DNA of 64,000 nt from Naegleria gruberi. Its lineage: Eukaryota. Shown here piece after piece: positions 11,677 to 23,344 of the stretch (its first letter is position 1; every line of letters starts with the position of its first letter). A program made the position numbers and the translations under genes. The notes under the pieces are model-generated. The model made no database searches. It saw only the letters and a list, made by a program, of their open reading frames with translations, and was not told the origin of the DNA. The stretch is taken from the NCBI GenBank assembly GCA_000004985.1, contig GG738852.1. One strand, written 5' to 3'.

Positions 11677-13785
11677 ATGTTCTCCTCCAACAAGGCTCTC
11701 GAAGGTGAAATCAGTGATTCACCCCGTAGACATTCTCTCAATATTACGAGTTCTCTGACGGTCAACCCTCCAAAGGCAGCACAATCACTCAATTCAGAGC
11801 AAATGAAAGAGATGAAAAAAGAGAAACGAATTCCTTCGATTCTTCCGAGTAAATTGATGAAATTCAAGACGAAATCATCCGATACATCATGTAGGTTCAC
11901 TATTTACCTCCCTTTCGAATAGTTCGAAAAATTTCGAATATATTTTATTTCGAATAACAGTTGATAAACAAGAATTGAAACAATTATTGGAACAATTTAC
12001 CGCAATCGATGCCAATCAAAAAAAGAATGGACAAATCAGTTTACATGAATTTCTCGTTTGTCTCGGAAGATTAAACGGAAATGAAGATTGCATACTTGAC
12101 AATTGTCAGGCAGATGTCGTTCTAGGAAAGATTTTATTCAGAGCTTTCGATAAAGATAACAGTGGTTCAATTGATTATCGTGAATTCTTAGCAACAATGG
12201 CAATTCTTTCAAAAGGAACAATTGAACAAAAATTGGAATTTGCATTTTCAATGATTGATTTGGATAATGATAAGAAATTGAGTAGAGAGGAATTGCAGAA
12301 AGTTATCGTAGCTCTCTATAAGGTTTTACAATCTTTGGGGTTGAATAGTATGCCAGATCCAATTGTTTATGCCAACAAATTGTTTGATGATATGGATGAG
12401 GATAAATGTGGATATTTGACTTTGGAGGCGTATAAGAAGGGGGCTACGAGGAATTCTAATGTTTTTCTTGGAATGGGATTGTTGGAAAATTCGGATAATG
12501 AAACTATAGGTAGGTTTGAGATTCAAATTTTTGAAATCAATGTGAAATAGAATTTGATGAAAATGGAATCAAGTTACTGAATGAAACTGATTTGAAAAAT
12601 AGAAGTAGCAATGATCCTTCCAAGGCACCTGGTAAAATTATTGGATTTGGAAGTAAAAAGTGGAATTTATGTTTAAATATGATGATTGGCATTCGTCTCT
12701 CCTCTGATTGCATTGGTTCAATTGATCAGAGAGATGTTAGAATGGAAGATTTCAGTGTGAGACTCATGTTTAATTTACCAAAAGATTCCAATAGAAATAT
12801 GACTAATCCAGAGCTATCTGAAATTGATGAGGAGGAAGATGTTGGAGCTACATTTATTGATTATGCACCTTTCGTATTCAAACACATTAGAAAAATGACT
12901 GGAATCAGTGAGGATAGTTACATGATGAGTTTGGGACCTGAACAATTATTGGGAGGTCTCTTATTGGGAAGTTTGTCAACTCTTTCGTGTTCCATATCAG
13001 ATGGTAAATCAGGTTCATTCTTCTTTTATAGTAGTGATCGTAAATTTATGGTCAAGACAATTTCAAAGTCTGAAGTGGCATGTTTGAAAAGAATCTTACC
13101 ATTCTATTACAATCACATGATTTCGAATCCAGATTCTTTAATTGTCAGAATTTTGGGTTTCCATGAAATGGTAATTGACAATGAAAAGTTTAACTTTATT
13201 GTAATGGGAAGTATTTTCCCACAATCAAGATCGATTGACGAACTCTATGATTTGAAAGGATCAACTCATGGAAGAAAGAATCCAAATGGATTTTGTAAGA
13301 AGGATCTCGACTTGATTGAGAAGGAAAGAAAATTCAAAATTGGAAATGAAAACAAACTATTGTACATGAAAATCATTGAGAAGGATGTTGAATTTCTCTC
13401 AAAATGTAATTTATTGGACTATTCACTATTGGTTGGAGTTTGCAATGCTTCGAGAAATATCAAACAAGATCAAGAAGTTGGAATTAATGTAAACTTGGTC
13501 GAAAGTTCTCCAAGAAAGAATAGTGGAAGTCTTGCTGGTTCCAGATTTTCCAGAAGAAACAAGTGTGTCTGTGGAATTCCAAGTATTGATATTGCAAGAG
13601 AATTGCAAGACGATGGAGAAGTGTACTATATTGGAATAATCGATATCTTGACAGAATATAATAGAAAGAAGGAAGCTGAACACACTTTGAAGAGTATCAC
13701 AAACAAATCGGATACTATTAGTGCCATTCCTGCAAAGCCGTATTCTGAAAGATTTTTCAAATTCATGCATCAATGTTTCGAATAA
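11677..13785 (+). CDS. Phosphatidylinositol-4-phosphate 5-kinase (PIPK catalytic domain) with an N-terminal NCS/calcineurin-B-like 4-EF-hand module; 3-exon fusion model
   Basis: Exon 1 is 11677-11890 (ATG at 11677, Ser-rich leader, GTAGGT donor at 11891). Exon 2 is 11961-12509, with EF-hand loops DKDNSGSIDYRE, DLDNDKKLSREE and DMDEDKCGYLTLE and a GTAGGT donor at 12510. Exon 3 is 12551-13785, whose AG acceptor coincides with the TAG that ends the EF-hand ORF. The exon 2-3 intron is 41 nt, both junctions are phase 1 and keep the frame. The PIPK hallmarks are DFxV, GKSGSFFFYSSDRKFMVKTISKSE and a conserved C-terminal block. The PIPK frame has no ATG before its conserved N-terminal strand (KIIGFGSKKWNLCLNMMIGIR), so it needs an upstream exon. 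Confidence 0.6.
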
Positions 13786-13822
13786 TAAATGATATGAAAA
13801 TTTTGTACAAAATTTGGTGATT

Positions 13823-15376
13823 TTAATCTTGATTAATTCTAGTTCTGTGTGGTATTGTAATTCTGTAACCTTTTTGTAACTCCCCTATTTCTTTACCTGT
13901 TCCTCCAGTTACCATTGCATCATCGTCAAAGAAGAAAAAGCTAGTCTTGGAAAGTGCCTTGTACTTTTGGTTTTCAGGTTCCTTAATCGATTTGGCATCA
14001 AATACCATATCATAAATGTGTAAAAAGTCATAATCCTCCCTTCCTGTATCACTAACCCAAAAGTTTTCAATCTCTGTCGATCTTTCCAAGCTGTACTTTT
14101 TAGCAAATCCTCCAATAATTGATAAATGTGAAATAGTAATACCAAAAATATCTAATTGAGCTCTAGATTTAAATTCAATAGCTTCGTTATTTACAATAAA
14201 CTCAACCTCTTCCTTGGAAACTTGAAGTGAGGTAGCAACTTCTTCAATCCAGTTTGGATTATTCACAAACACATCAGCTGTTTCCTTAATAATTGACTTG
14301 ACTGCCTTGGAATAAAAGTATTTCAGTCTATATTGGCCTCGCTTCAACTCTTCAAAATATCCATACTTATTAGAAATGACACTATCTAAATTCAATCTCG
14401 ACAATACAGCCGAAACAAAATGTTGACTATTACAATTGGATTCGTCATAGTAATGTTTGCCGTTATATTTACAGCAAACTCTAGCAATATTAATAAGAGC
14501 CATTGAGACTTTCTTAGTTCCTTCAATCTTGGAGATGGGAACCAATTTTAATTTTCTTCTATTTGTATGTGTTCTGATATTACTGACAACATGCCTAGAT
14601 GAAGACCAAAAGAGGACGGCAGTACCCACTTGAAGAGCTAGAGGTAAAATGCCTTCTCTTTCCTCTCCCATGGTATTGAAATCTTCCAAAAAGATGAGTC
14701 CAATATTTAAACTGCTCATAGCAGCGGATTCTTTTGTAAGCTCATTCATTGATAGGAATACATCCAATACGAATCTGTCTGGAAGAATCAAGTTTTGTAT
14801 TTCTGCATTCGTCAAGTGTTCATTTCCTGTAAAATTACGTTTAGTTTGTTTAAACAGGGTAACATTCTCACGTTCCTCACTCGTAAGCACATCATCATCC
14901 CAGACACTTTCCAGAACTTCTATCGATTTCTCCAAGTTGATTCCATGAATGGCATATGATTGTTGAGTTGGTGATAAATCCTTTCCAGCATTACGCAAGT
15001 TAGAAAATGACGATGATGGATAGAGTAAATGATGGTTTTGACTGGTCATGTTAGGTAGAGAATTTACAGCAACAATTGGTTGTGCACTTGTTTCAATATT
15101 TGGTGGCAAATCCAAGTTTCGTTGAATTACATCAGGTGATGAGATGGATGCTTTTGTACTACTCGCAGTAATGGAACTATTGATGAAATTTTGTGTGGTT
15201 GATGTAGATCCTCCCTTCTTACATTTCTCAATGTATTTTAATAAATCATCCATGGTTGGCTCGTCGAAATGTTCCAAACCTTCCTGACGAGCCTCCATTC
15301 TATTCGAAACCATCTCAGACCTACTCACTGCAGATTCCGAATAACAAGGAAAAGGCTGACCCATTTTCTCTTTCAA
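13823..15376 (-). CDS. Hypothetical protein (517 aa)
   Basis: Continuous minus-strand ORF with ATG at 15376 (alternative start at MGQPF). It is convergent with the PIP5K gene, with only 37 bp between the stop codons. No recognisable domain. Confidence 0.65.
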   Translation of the reverse strand: MKEKMGQPFPCYSESAVSRSEMVSNRMEARQEGLEHFDEPTMDDLLKYIEKCKKGGSTSTTQNFINSSITASSTKASISSPDVIQRNLDLPPNIETSAQPIVAVNSLPNMTSQNHHLLYPSSSFSNLRNAGKDLSPTQQSYAIHGINLEKSIEVLESVWDDDVLTSEERENVTLFKQTKRNFTGNEHLTNAEIQNLILPDRFVLDVFLSMNELTKESAAMSSLNIGLIFLEDFNTMGEEREGILPLALQVGTAVLFWSSSRHVVSNIRTHTNRRKLKLVPISKIEGTKKVSMALINIARVCCKYNGKHYYDESNCNSQHFVSAVLSRLNLDSVISNKYGYFEELKRGQYRLKYFYSKAVKSIIKETADVFVNNPNWIEEVATSLQVSKEEVEFIVNNEAIEFKSRAQLDIFGITISHLSIIGGFAKKYSLERSTEIENFWVSDTGREDYDFLHIYDMVFDAKSIKEPENQKYKALSKTSFFFFDDDAMVTGGTGKEIGELQKGYRITIPHRTRINQD

Positions 15377-16416
15377 AGCCTAGTTGACTCAATATGTACA
15401 CTATAGAAGCAACACGAGCCTCTACTTTAATATTATTATTATATAAATTGATTTACTACTAGTAAGTAATTTTGGTAATCTCCTCTCAGAACAAAAACAG
15501 GCTAATTTTTCTCTCCTCCTTCGTTTCTGCTCTTTTCTCGCTTGTTGCTTGTTGTATTTTTGTTGTTTTTTTTTTGGTTTTTTCTCCCCCAAAAACAACC
15601 GCAGACTTGCCGTTATCAGCACCTAATATCAATTATCAAAGCCTGAAAATAAAAATAACAGCAACGAGAGACAAGATTATCGATATTGTTATTATTAGCA
15701 TTGCATCATCACCATGAGCAGAAGAATTTCTGCAACATCATATTATTCATACAACTGAATGATGGCATTTCGTATCTTTAACCAACAGGTCACTCCAAAA
15801 TGTTCATCAAAATGCACAATTAGCAAGTGAAAGGTGAAAGATGTTTCGAATAAGGAGTGAGTGATGAAGAATGCATAGTAATTGGTAATAGAGAACATAC
15901 ATTGTGGTGAGAGATGGGTATTTTTCAAAGTTTGAGTGTCTAAATATGAAATGTTGTAAACTATTGTTAGATGAGTGAAGAAAAGAATGATTCGTAAACG
16001 AAGGGATTGTAGATTAAACAAGATGGAGAAGGATTAATATTGGGATAGAGTTTGAATAAATGATGACTGTTCTCATTAACTGGTAAAAGAAGGAGAAGAA
16101 AGTTTATTAGAATGTAGAAGGAGGGTCACAGGATTTCGAATATTATTGGAATAGTGTATTCGAACTGTTCGCCATTTATCTAGATGCGAAAACTGTTCAT
16201 TGGAATGGAGAAATGCTAGAATGTTTCCAAGTGATTCTTTCCAATATTGATTATTTCGTTTCGAATGGAAAGGTTTCTCTTTAATGACTAATAGTACACT
16301 AACATATTCTCTACAGCACATTTATTTGCCTGATTGAACAAGTTTGTTAAGCATTTCCAAATAAATGTTTGTTAAAACTGTTGTACTGGATAACGATTAA
16401 AATTCAAAAAAAGAAA

Positions 16417-16656
16417 ATGTCTAATTTGGAAGCATTTACAGTTTCACAACCTCAACAAGTGAATGAAGATCATAGTGCATTAGTAAGGACACTGATTGAT
16501 GAAAGTAATCAATTGCCAGTTAAAACACTTGTAGAAATTTACGAACATAACATTATTGGATCAATAACCACTTCCACACAACCAATCATGAATCATAAAA
16601 TTGTAAATAAGGAAGAGGAGGAGGCAGAGATTTTCATCCGACAAGTGTACTATTAA
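16417..16656 (+). CDS. Small hypothetical protein (79 aa), speculative
   Basis: ATG at 16417 in aaaagaaaATG context. This is the only clean ORF in an otherwise ORF-poor 1.3-kb region. There is no homology signal. Confidence 0.3.
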   Translation: MSNLEAFTVSQPQQVNEDHSALVRTLIDESNQLPVKTLVEIYEHNIIGSITTSTQPIMNHKIVNKEEEEAEIFIRQVYY

Positions 16657-16696
16657 TAAAGTGATACTTATTATGATGATGCTTTTATTCCTACAT

Positions 16697-19600
16697 TTAA
16701 GGGAACATGATGAGTGGCATTGAGTATTCCTTTTCATTTCTGAGAATGGATAAACATTGAGTGAGGAATTTTGTGAGTTTGAGTTCAGGAGCAGGTTCTG
16801 GTGATGATCCAGTGCTTGAAGTATTGCTGGTGAGAGGTTGCATTGGAAGAGAGGTTGTTTCACTCCAATAACATTCATACATTACCATGAGGAATTCCAC
16901 AAATTTTCTATAGCAACCATCTGGAACAAAGGTCATCATGCTTGATGGGAGAGATTGAGTGATTTGAAGATGAAGTGAAGTGGCATCTAATAGGTCAGTC
17001 CAAGGGAAGAGGAATACAGGATACTGATCATCTTCTATGGATGATTCGACTGATTTGATAACTCGTGGAATGTCAGAGAGCACTTTGGATAATTTCAAAA
17101 ACTCAATATGTTCGTACTTTTTCTTGTATGATTTGCTTGATGGTTTCTTTCCGTATTTTACAATTGGAATGTGGAATGGCATGTTGATTTTAACATCATC
17201 ATTTTCTCTAGTTTCACATGTTGGTACTAGATGGAGCTTTTCACACATGACATTACTCCAAATCCAGTACTTTCTCTCATCCTCTGCTGATTGAATAAAT
17301 TTAGGATCGTCACTAGAGTAAAAGCAAAAGAATTTTGGTCTTGTCTTGTTTTTTGGAACGAAACCAGATTCCACTCGCTTCTTACTTCTCGTTAATATAT
17401 CCCTAATTGACATGCATCTTACTGCATTCTCCTCAAATATTAATTCCCAAGGAATTGCTTGCAGAGAGGTTGGAGCAATGAGAGTGATAGGTGTCGAAGG
17501 AGTTGGAATCATTTCTGGTTTTGGCATTGGAACACTCTTCTTTTTTGTAAAAGTACTCGTTTTTTGATTCATACTGGAGCAATAGTTAAACTTGTCAAAT
17601 CCATTCCTTTTCATATATTCAGCATTTTCCAAAAATTGGACAGGATCAGGTTTGTACGAAAGAATGTCGTTGATTGAGGAGAAGTGGTCTTTCAACATGG
17701 CAATGTTGGACTTGTTCATGATCTTTTCCTTCTTATCTCTCATACTCTCTGTGATTATTGCCTTGATAAATTCAGACATGCTAACATCTTCTGTTTTTTC
17801 CATGCTATGAATGGTCTTGTAAAAGATATTGGTAGATACGGAACCAAGGAGTCTACTGAAGGAAGCATTAGGATCAAAAGTATCATTTACCTTTGCTACA
17901 TCATGCTCAGTATTCAGGAAAAGTTTACCTCCAAATGATACAAACTTTTTCTGCAACAAGTTAGGAATGTAAAAACTAATGACATTATCAAAATGTGAGA
18001 GGAGAACAATTCTTTCAAAGCATTTGGTTTTCTTCAATTTCTTAAAAGCACGTTTAAGAGGAGTGAGACATGGGGCTAGGGAAGCTTGCTTTTGTACATT
18101 GGCATTGTGGGTATTAGCGTCTATTACTTGCAAATTCATAGTATTCTTCAATGTTCCTGAAATAAGCACACCTTTAGACTCATTGAATGTTGACAGCAGT
18201 GACTCTACTACAGATTTATCACCTGGAAGTAATGTCAAATTGGATGAATCTAATAACTCTATGGAATTAATAGTCTTTGTACTGTCATTTGAAAGTTTGG
18301 AGCTCTTGTTGTAGAATGATCTCTTTTTGTGAGTTGAGAGTTTGCTTTCTCTAACAGCATTCATCAAGTTATACAATCTTCTCATGGATTGTTGATTCTT
18401 AAATCTCAATTGACCATCAATTTCTCCTGGATATTTTCTTCTATCAAACTTCATACTCAACAAGCAATAGAATAATCTTTCACAAACTCTGTGCTTGAGA
18501 TGTGTTCTGTGAGAGTCTTCTTTTGGTTCGATTTTATAGGTGGCATCCAGTGAGGACTTTAGAGTTGGTGATCTCAACATGGATGAAAAGGAAAATCCCT
18601 TGAGGGGCAATGTTAATGTTGATGGAGTGTTCACTTTGTTAAGACCTTCATACGGCTTGTTTTTATCCAATAATTCTGGATCAATGAAACAGGAAATTCT
18701 AGTGACCTTGGCATCATTTTGTTCAATGGAGAGACAGGTAGGTTCTTGAGTTCTCTTCAATGACATTTCATATTCCATTGATAATATGTAGAATGTATCA
18801 AAAACTCCAATATTGGTATTAATGAAGGTAGTTTCAAAGAGTAGCAATAATCTAACACAACGTTTCAAGAGTAGTAGAATTTTTTCTAGCATTGCAGGGG
18901 TAGCTCCACTCGAAACAACAACCTGAGAACTATTGTCAACAAAGAGAGTAAAGAAAATGTCTCGCATTTCACACCAATACTTTTTAGAACTGTGTGTTCT
19001 TCCTTGGAGATATCTGCATTCGGCTGCAGTTAAATTCACATCCATACACATAAATACATCAGATGCAGTTACAGCAACATCAAGTGTTGGTTCAATATAA
19101 TCATTAAATACTTCTTCAAGGTCAATGTATGTCATTTTTGAATCATTGGAACATAGATCAAGATAATCTTCTGGCTTTTTAGACATGACAGTAACTGGAG
19201 TAAACATATAGTCAACCAAGACTTGGGCGATCAAAATGTCCATCTTGGCTAAGCTAATCTCATTCGAACAGGCTTCATAATATTTCTTTGCTTTTTGGAA
19301 GCAATCTACAGAGTCAGAAATAATTATAGCCAAAGAATCATAAACAGGTCTCTTGGAATAGAGATATTTTTCCTTTGGTGCATCTCTGAGAACTTCTGAT
19401 TTTTGAATCAGTGTCAAAATTGAAAGCCTATCTTTCTCTGATGGTATCAATTCATTTGGGAAAGATATTGGATGACTCCATTTGGCAACACTCATCAATA
19501 TTTTTCCTTTCAGTTTGAAGAGTTGAGCCAGTGTTGAAAATGTTCTATTGCACCTATAGAGAGCAATGTTGATTGTCTCAATGGAGTTTCCAAACATTGA

Positions 19601-22600
19601 CCTCTTCATATAGTACTTGGTTATAATTTCTAGTAACCTCATTTCTTGTTGTTGCTGAAGTTGCATAAAGTTATTCTCCATAATCATTTCCAATTCTTTT
19701 AAAACCCTTTCACATTCCTTGAACCATTTCTTTTTTAAATAGGCCTCAGCCAGAGTAATGTAGAGATCTGGATTTTTGATAGAGAGTGAAGATTGAATGA
19801 GGCCAAGGCAAATATTGACACATCTTTCTAAATTTCCACCATTTAAGAGTAATTTAGCATAATCAATTTCAAGTTCCATCTTGAAATCAAATGATGATGA
19901 GAGGGATTTGATCGTTTCCAGAGCATCTCTTTTAACTCTCTCAGCATTTCTGAATTCACCTTTTTCCATAAATAAGGCAGATAATTTTGAGGAAATATTT
20001 GCAATTACTGCCACACGTTTGTCACGGCAAGCTTTTTCATTCAGGATGGTATAATATCTGATGGATCTACTCCAATCATCACTCTTAACGGCAAGGGCTG
20101 CCAACTCATCAATAAACTTGTAGTCATGATCTGAGGAGAGAAGTCTATAGTTTTGAGTGTACATCTCGTAAATAATTGATGCATACTGTGGCTTTCTGTT
20201 TGAATAGAGGGCGTCTCCAAATTTTCTCATTGCTTTAAGTGCTTCTGCACTTACAATTGTTGGAATTCCCACACAAAGAGGAGGACATTTTTGGAATAGA
20301 TAAACACTTTCAAAAAGTGCACACTCTCCAAGTCTGGTCATGTCAGAATCACCCTGTTTGGCCCAAAAAGATCCCAACGAATAAGCTACATAGGCTTTGT
20401 TCTTTGAGATACCCATTCTACTGTAAAATTTGCTGAACATGACAGCAATTCTCTCGTGAGAACTTAATAGTGGATGTCTGAATTGAGGTATCCATGTCTC
20501 AGAGCCAGCATGTTTTCTCAATGTAGAATCATACAATTCTAATAATGTTACAATTAGTGCTCCACAGTCACACAAGCTTGGGAAGCTAAAATAGGGGGAA
20601 TTGAATGTGGTACCCATGGTTGAGGAGCCAACAAAAATAGGTGCATCCCTAATCTTTTGATCAACTACAGAGTAGAAGAGTGCATTATTTTCCATTCCTT
20701 CCTCTGGTATGTCAAAGACTTCATTGAAAATCATGGCCAAAGTGGTAAAAACTTCGCTAATACTGTCAAAATCAGGGAACATGCCAGTTTCTAATTGGAA
20801 TATGTGGTACTTGATTTGAATTTCACATTGGAGAACAATAATGCTTGCTCTCTGAGTTGGATAAGCATTGAACAGCAGGGAAATCATTTCAGTATATTGA
20901 GCACTCTGTTTTGGATCTTCCAAATTGAATAATCTTGTAGAATTTGCACTTTTCAATAAATCTACACAAATGTGAAAGAGGTATGCTCTCTCATTTAGAG
21001 CGAGTTTGTTAACAACTTCAGGTGTCATATTTTCGAAAAATTTAACCAGAATACTCTGAGTAGTAATTTGCTCCTTTGCAATATGAATCAGTCTGTAACA
21101 AATTTCATAGAAATTCTCAATAAACTCCATTGAAAAGTCATAGCTTTGCACTCTCTTCTCCAACCTCGAGAGGAGAAAATTTGTTAAATCATCTCTAGAG
21201 CAAGAGTCAATCACATTCTGATCTTTGACTTTTTTAGGTATTAGAGATTGAAACCACAGCAACAATTCACGTTTTCCTTCATGGAATGATTTTCCACCAA
21301 TCAATCCTTTAGTTAAAACAACTTCTGGTAGCATTAGCTCTTCCTTGTAAGTCCTCGATTTAAAGAGTCTATACTTGTTAGGGAAGAATTCTTCTTCGAA
21401 AAGATCATTTTCTTCATCTTTAGATTCCCTGTCGTCTGTTTTATCTCCAAATAAAATCCCAGCCAATGAAGATTTTGGAGCAGAATTAAAATCAATTTCA
21501 TCTCCCCAATCACTCTCACTATCACTTTCATCACTATCCTCTTGCCACTTGGATTTCTTTGGAAGATCGGTATTGGTTTTTTCTTTTTGCTCGATTTCTT
21601 TCAGAACCTTGTCCATCTTTCCATAAATTTCAAGTTCCAATTCACTAAAGTTTTCACTACATGCATCTTCAGGCATGTCAATTTCCTCCATAGATGAAAA
21701 AATCAATGTACTTCCCTTTCCAAGTCTGTTGACCAAATGTAAAACTCGTTTTGCCAATTCCATTTCAGAAAGAGCTCGCAAACAAATACCCATATAATAT
21801 ACAATCAAGAGAAAAACTTCGAGATTTAACACAGAGACAAAACCTGTCGAAGTGTACGACGTCAAATCACGAAGAGCAGGCACAAGAAATGATGCCAATA
21901 CCTTGTACAAGTATTTCTTTTCACTAATTGTCATTTCGAGACTATTAAAAGTAGGTTTGATAATCTCACTCATATCTTGTGAATTGATCATTTCCTCTGC
22001 CAAACACAGTAAAATTTCTGAATGTAAAATCCGTGTGGACAGTACAATAAATGATGGTGAATTTGAGCAAATAAAATCAGATGGAGCAACAGATTGCAGA
22101 AGAGCATCAGTTTTCTCCTGTGCACTTTCCAGATATTCATTTGCATCGTCAACTTTTTTCTTTTGTTTGAGGATAATGGATTTGAGGAATAGACATTTCG
22201 AGTGTAGCAGTTCAATTTTTGGTACAAATTTACCATATTGATTATTGGTGGCCAACTCCTCAACCCTAGACAGTTGGGCAAAAGATTCGGCAAACTGTTT
22301 GTGTTCTCTGTGAATTTGAGCAATTTCCAATCGTTTTGTCATTTCATTAGCAAGAAGTGTTTCATACTCTTCTGTTGTTGCACATGTTGGATCCCTATCA
22401 TCGTCCTTATAGTATTTTCCAATTAAATTATCCAATTGTTCGTTCAAAACTCTGACATCTCGGAAGAGTGACCACTTTTGATCTAAAACAATTGTATTGG
22501 CATCACCGTAACCATTATGTAAATCCAAAATCCTCTCTGTTTCAGCTCCCTCCTCAATAACACTATTCAAATCATGATCCGACTCTGTTTTAGAATTACT

Positions 22601-23148
22601 CTTATTGGTGATAATGTAGGTGATATTCTGTTGGGGATTTAAACTCACAAATGATACATTGGGTGAGAAGTTTGAATTCAATCCGGCATAGGTTGTTGTA
22701 GTAATTGTTGAGGCATCAGAGAGAAATCTATTGTGATACTTGTGTTGATGTTCCTTCAGGGACCGATGTTTGGTTTGTGTTGCTGTTGTATTGTTATTAT
22801 TATTATTGGATGATGAGGTAATATTGATTTTAGAGTCATCACTAACGGATAATGAAATTGATTTAGTTACACTCAACATTTGCTTCTTCCGATCTTCCTC
22901 TGATTGTATCCAAAATTGAGGAAGTTTAGATTGGTTCTTGAAGAATGTTGCTTGGATGGGAAGGATGGGTCGTAAATCGTTACATTTTTCAGCTAATGAT
23001 ATTAAAGATGATGATGAACACAAATGTTTCTCCTTTTCTACTGCTTACCTGCTATTACGAAAGATTCGATAAATTGAATTTCTAGAGCCAGTTGCTCGTT
23101 GAGTTGGTCGAATGATGTGACCGTACTGGCTGATTGTGTTCTTTGCAT
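16697..23148 (-). CDS. Giant hypothetical protein (about 2131 aa) with TPR-like helical repeat stretches; 2-exon model
   Basis: The 6.3-kb ORF begins at TTG, not ATG. A true ATG at 23148 (aaaaaaaacATG) opens exon 1, 23148-23049, encoding MQRTQSASTVTSFDQLNEQLALEIQFIESFVIA. A GTAAGC donor at 23048 and a cattag acceptor ending at 22993 (56-nt intron, phase 1) splice in frame to exon 2, 22992-16697, which starts AEKCNDLRP. Confidence 0.7.
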
Positions 23149-23344
23149 GTTTTTTTTAATGATGATGGCTGACGGAATGATCTGTTGAGTTTTGTTTCAG
23201 TGATAATGAATGAATATTAAAATGGTTGCTCGTACGTTTCATTAGGTTTTTTATTCTTCTTGGTTTATCTTTGCAATATTTGAACATGTTGAAGTTTGAC
23301 ATTTAAGGATATCTCTCACTACTAAGGTTCCTTCTCGAAAATTT

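Noticed and set aside
12592-13785. ORF-track 'starts' at 11975, 12592, 29114, 53512, 62173, 23023 and 2379 taken as independent gene starts
   Set aside because: These codons are TTG or GTG, not ATG. The frames are open upstream and join upstream exons via canonical splice sites, so the track is reporting internal exons rather than separate genes.
17037-18314. A series of 70-110-aa plus-strand ORFs inside the giant minus-strand gene
   Set aside because: They are antisense to a continuous 6.3-kb conserved ORF, have low-complexity translations and lack A-rich ATG contexts. I treat them as spurious.
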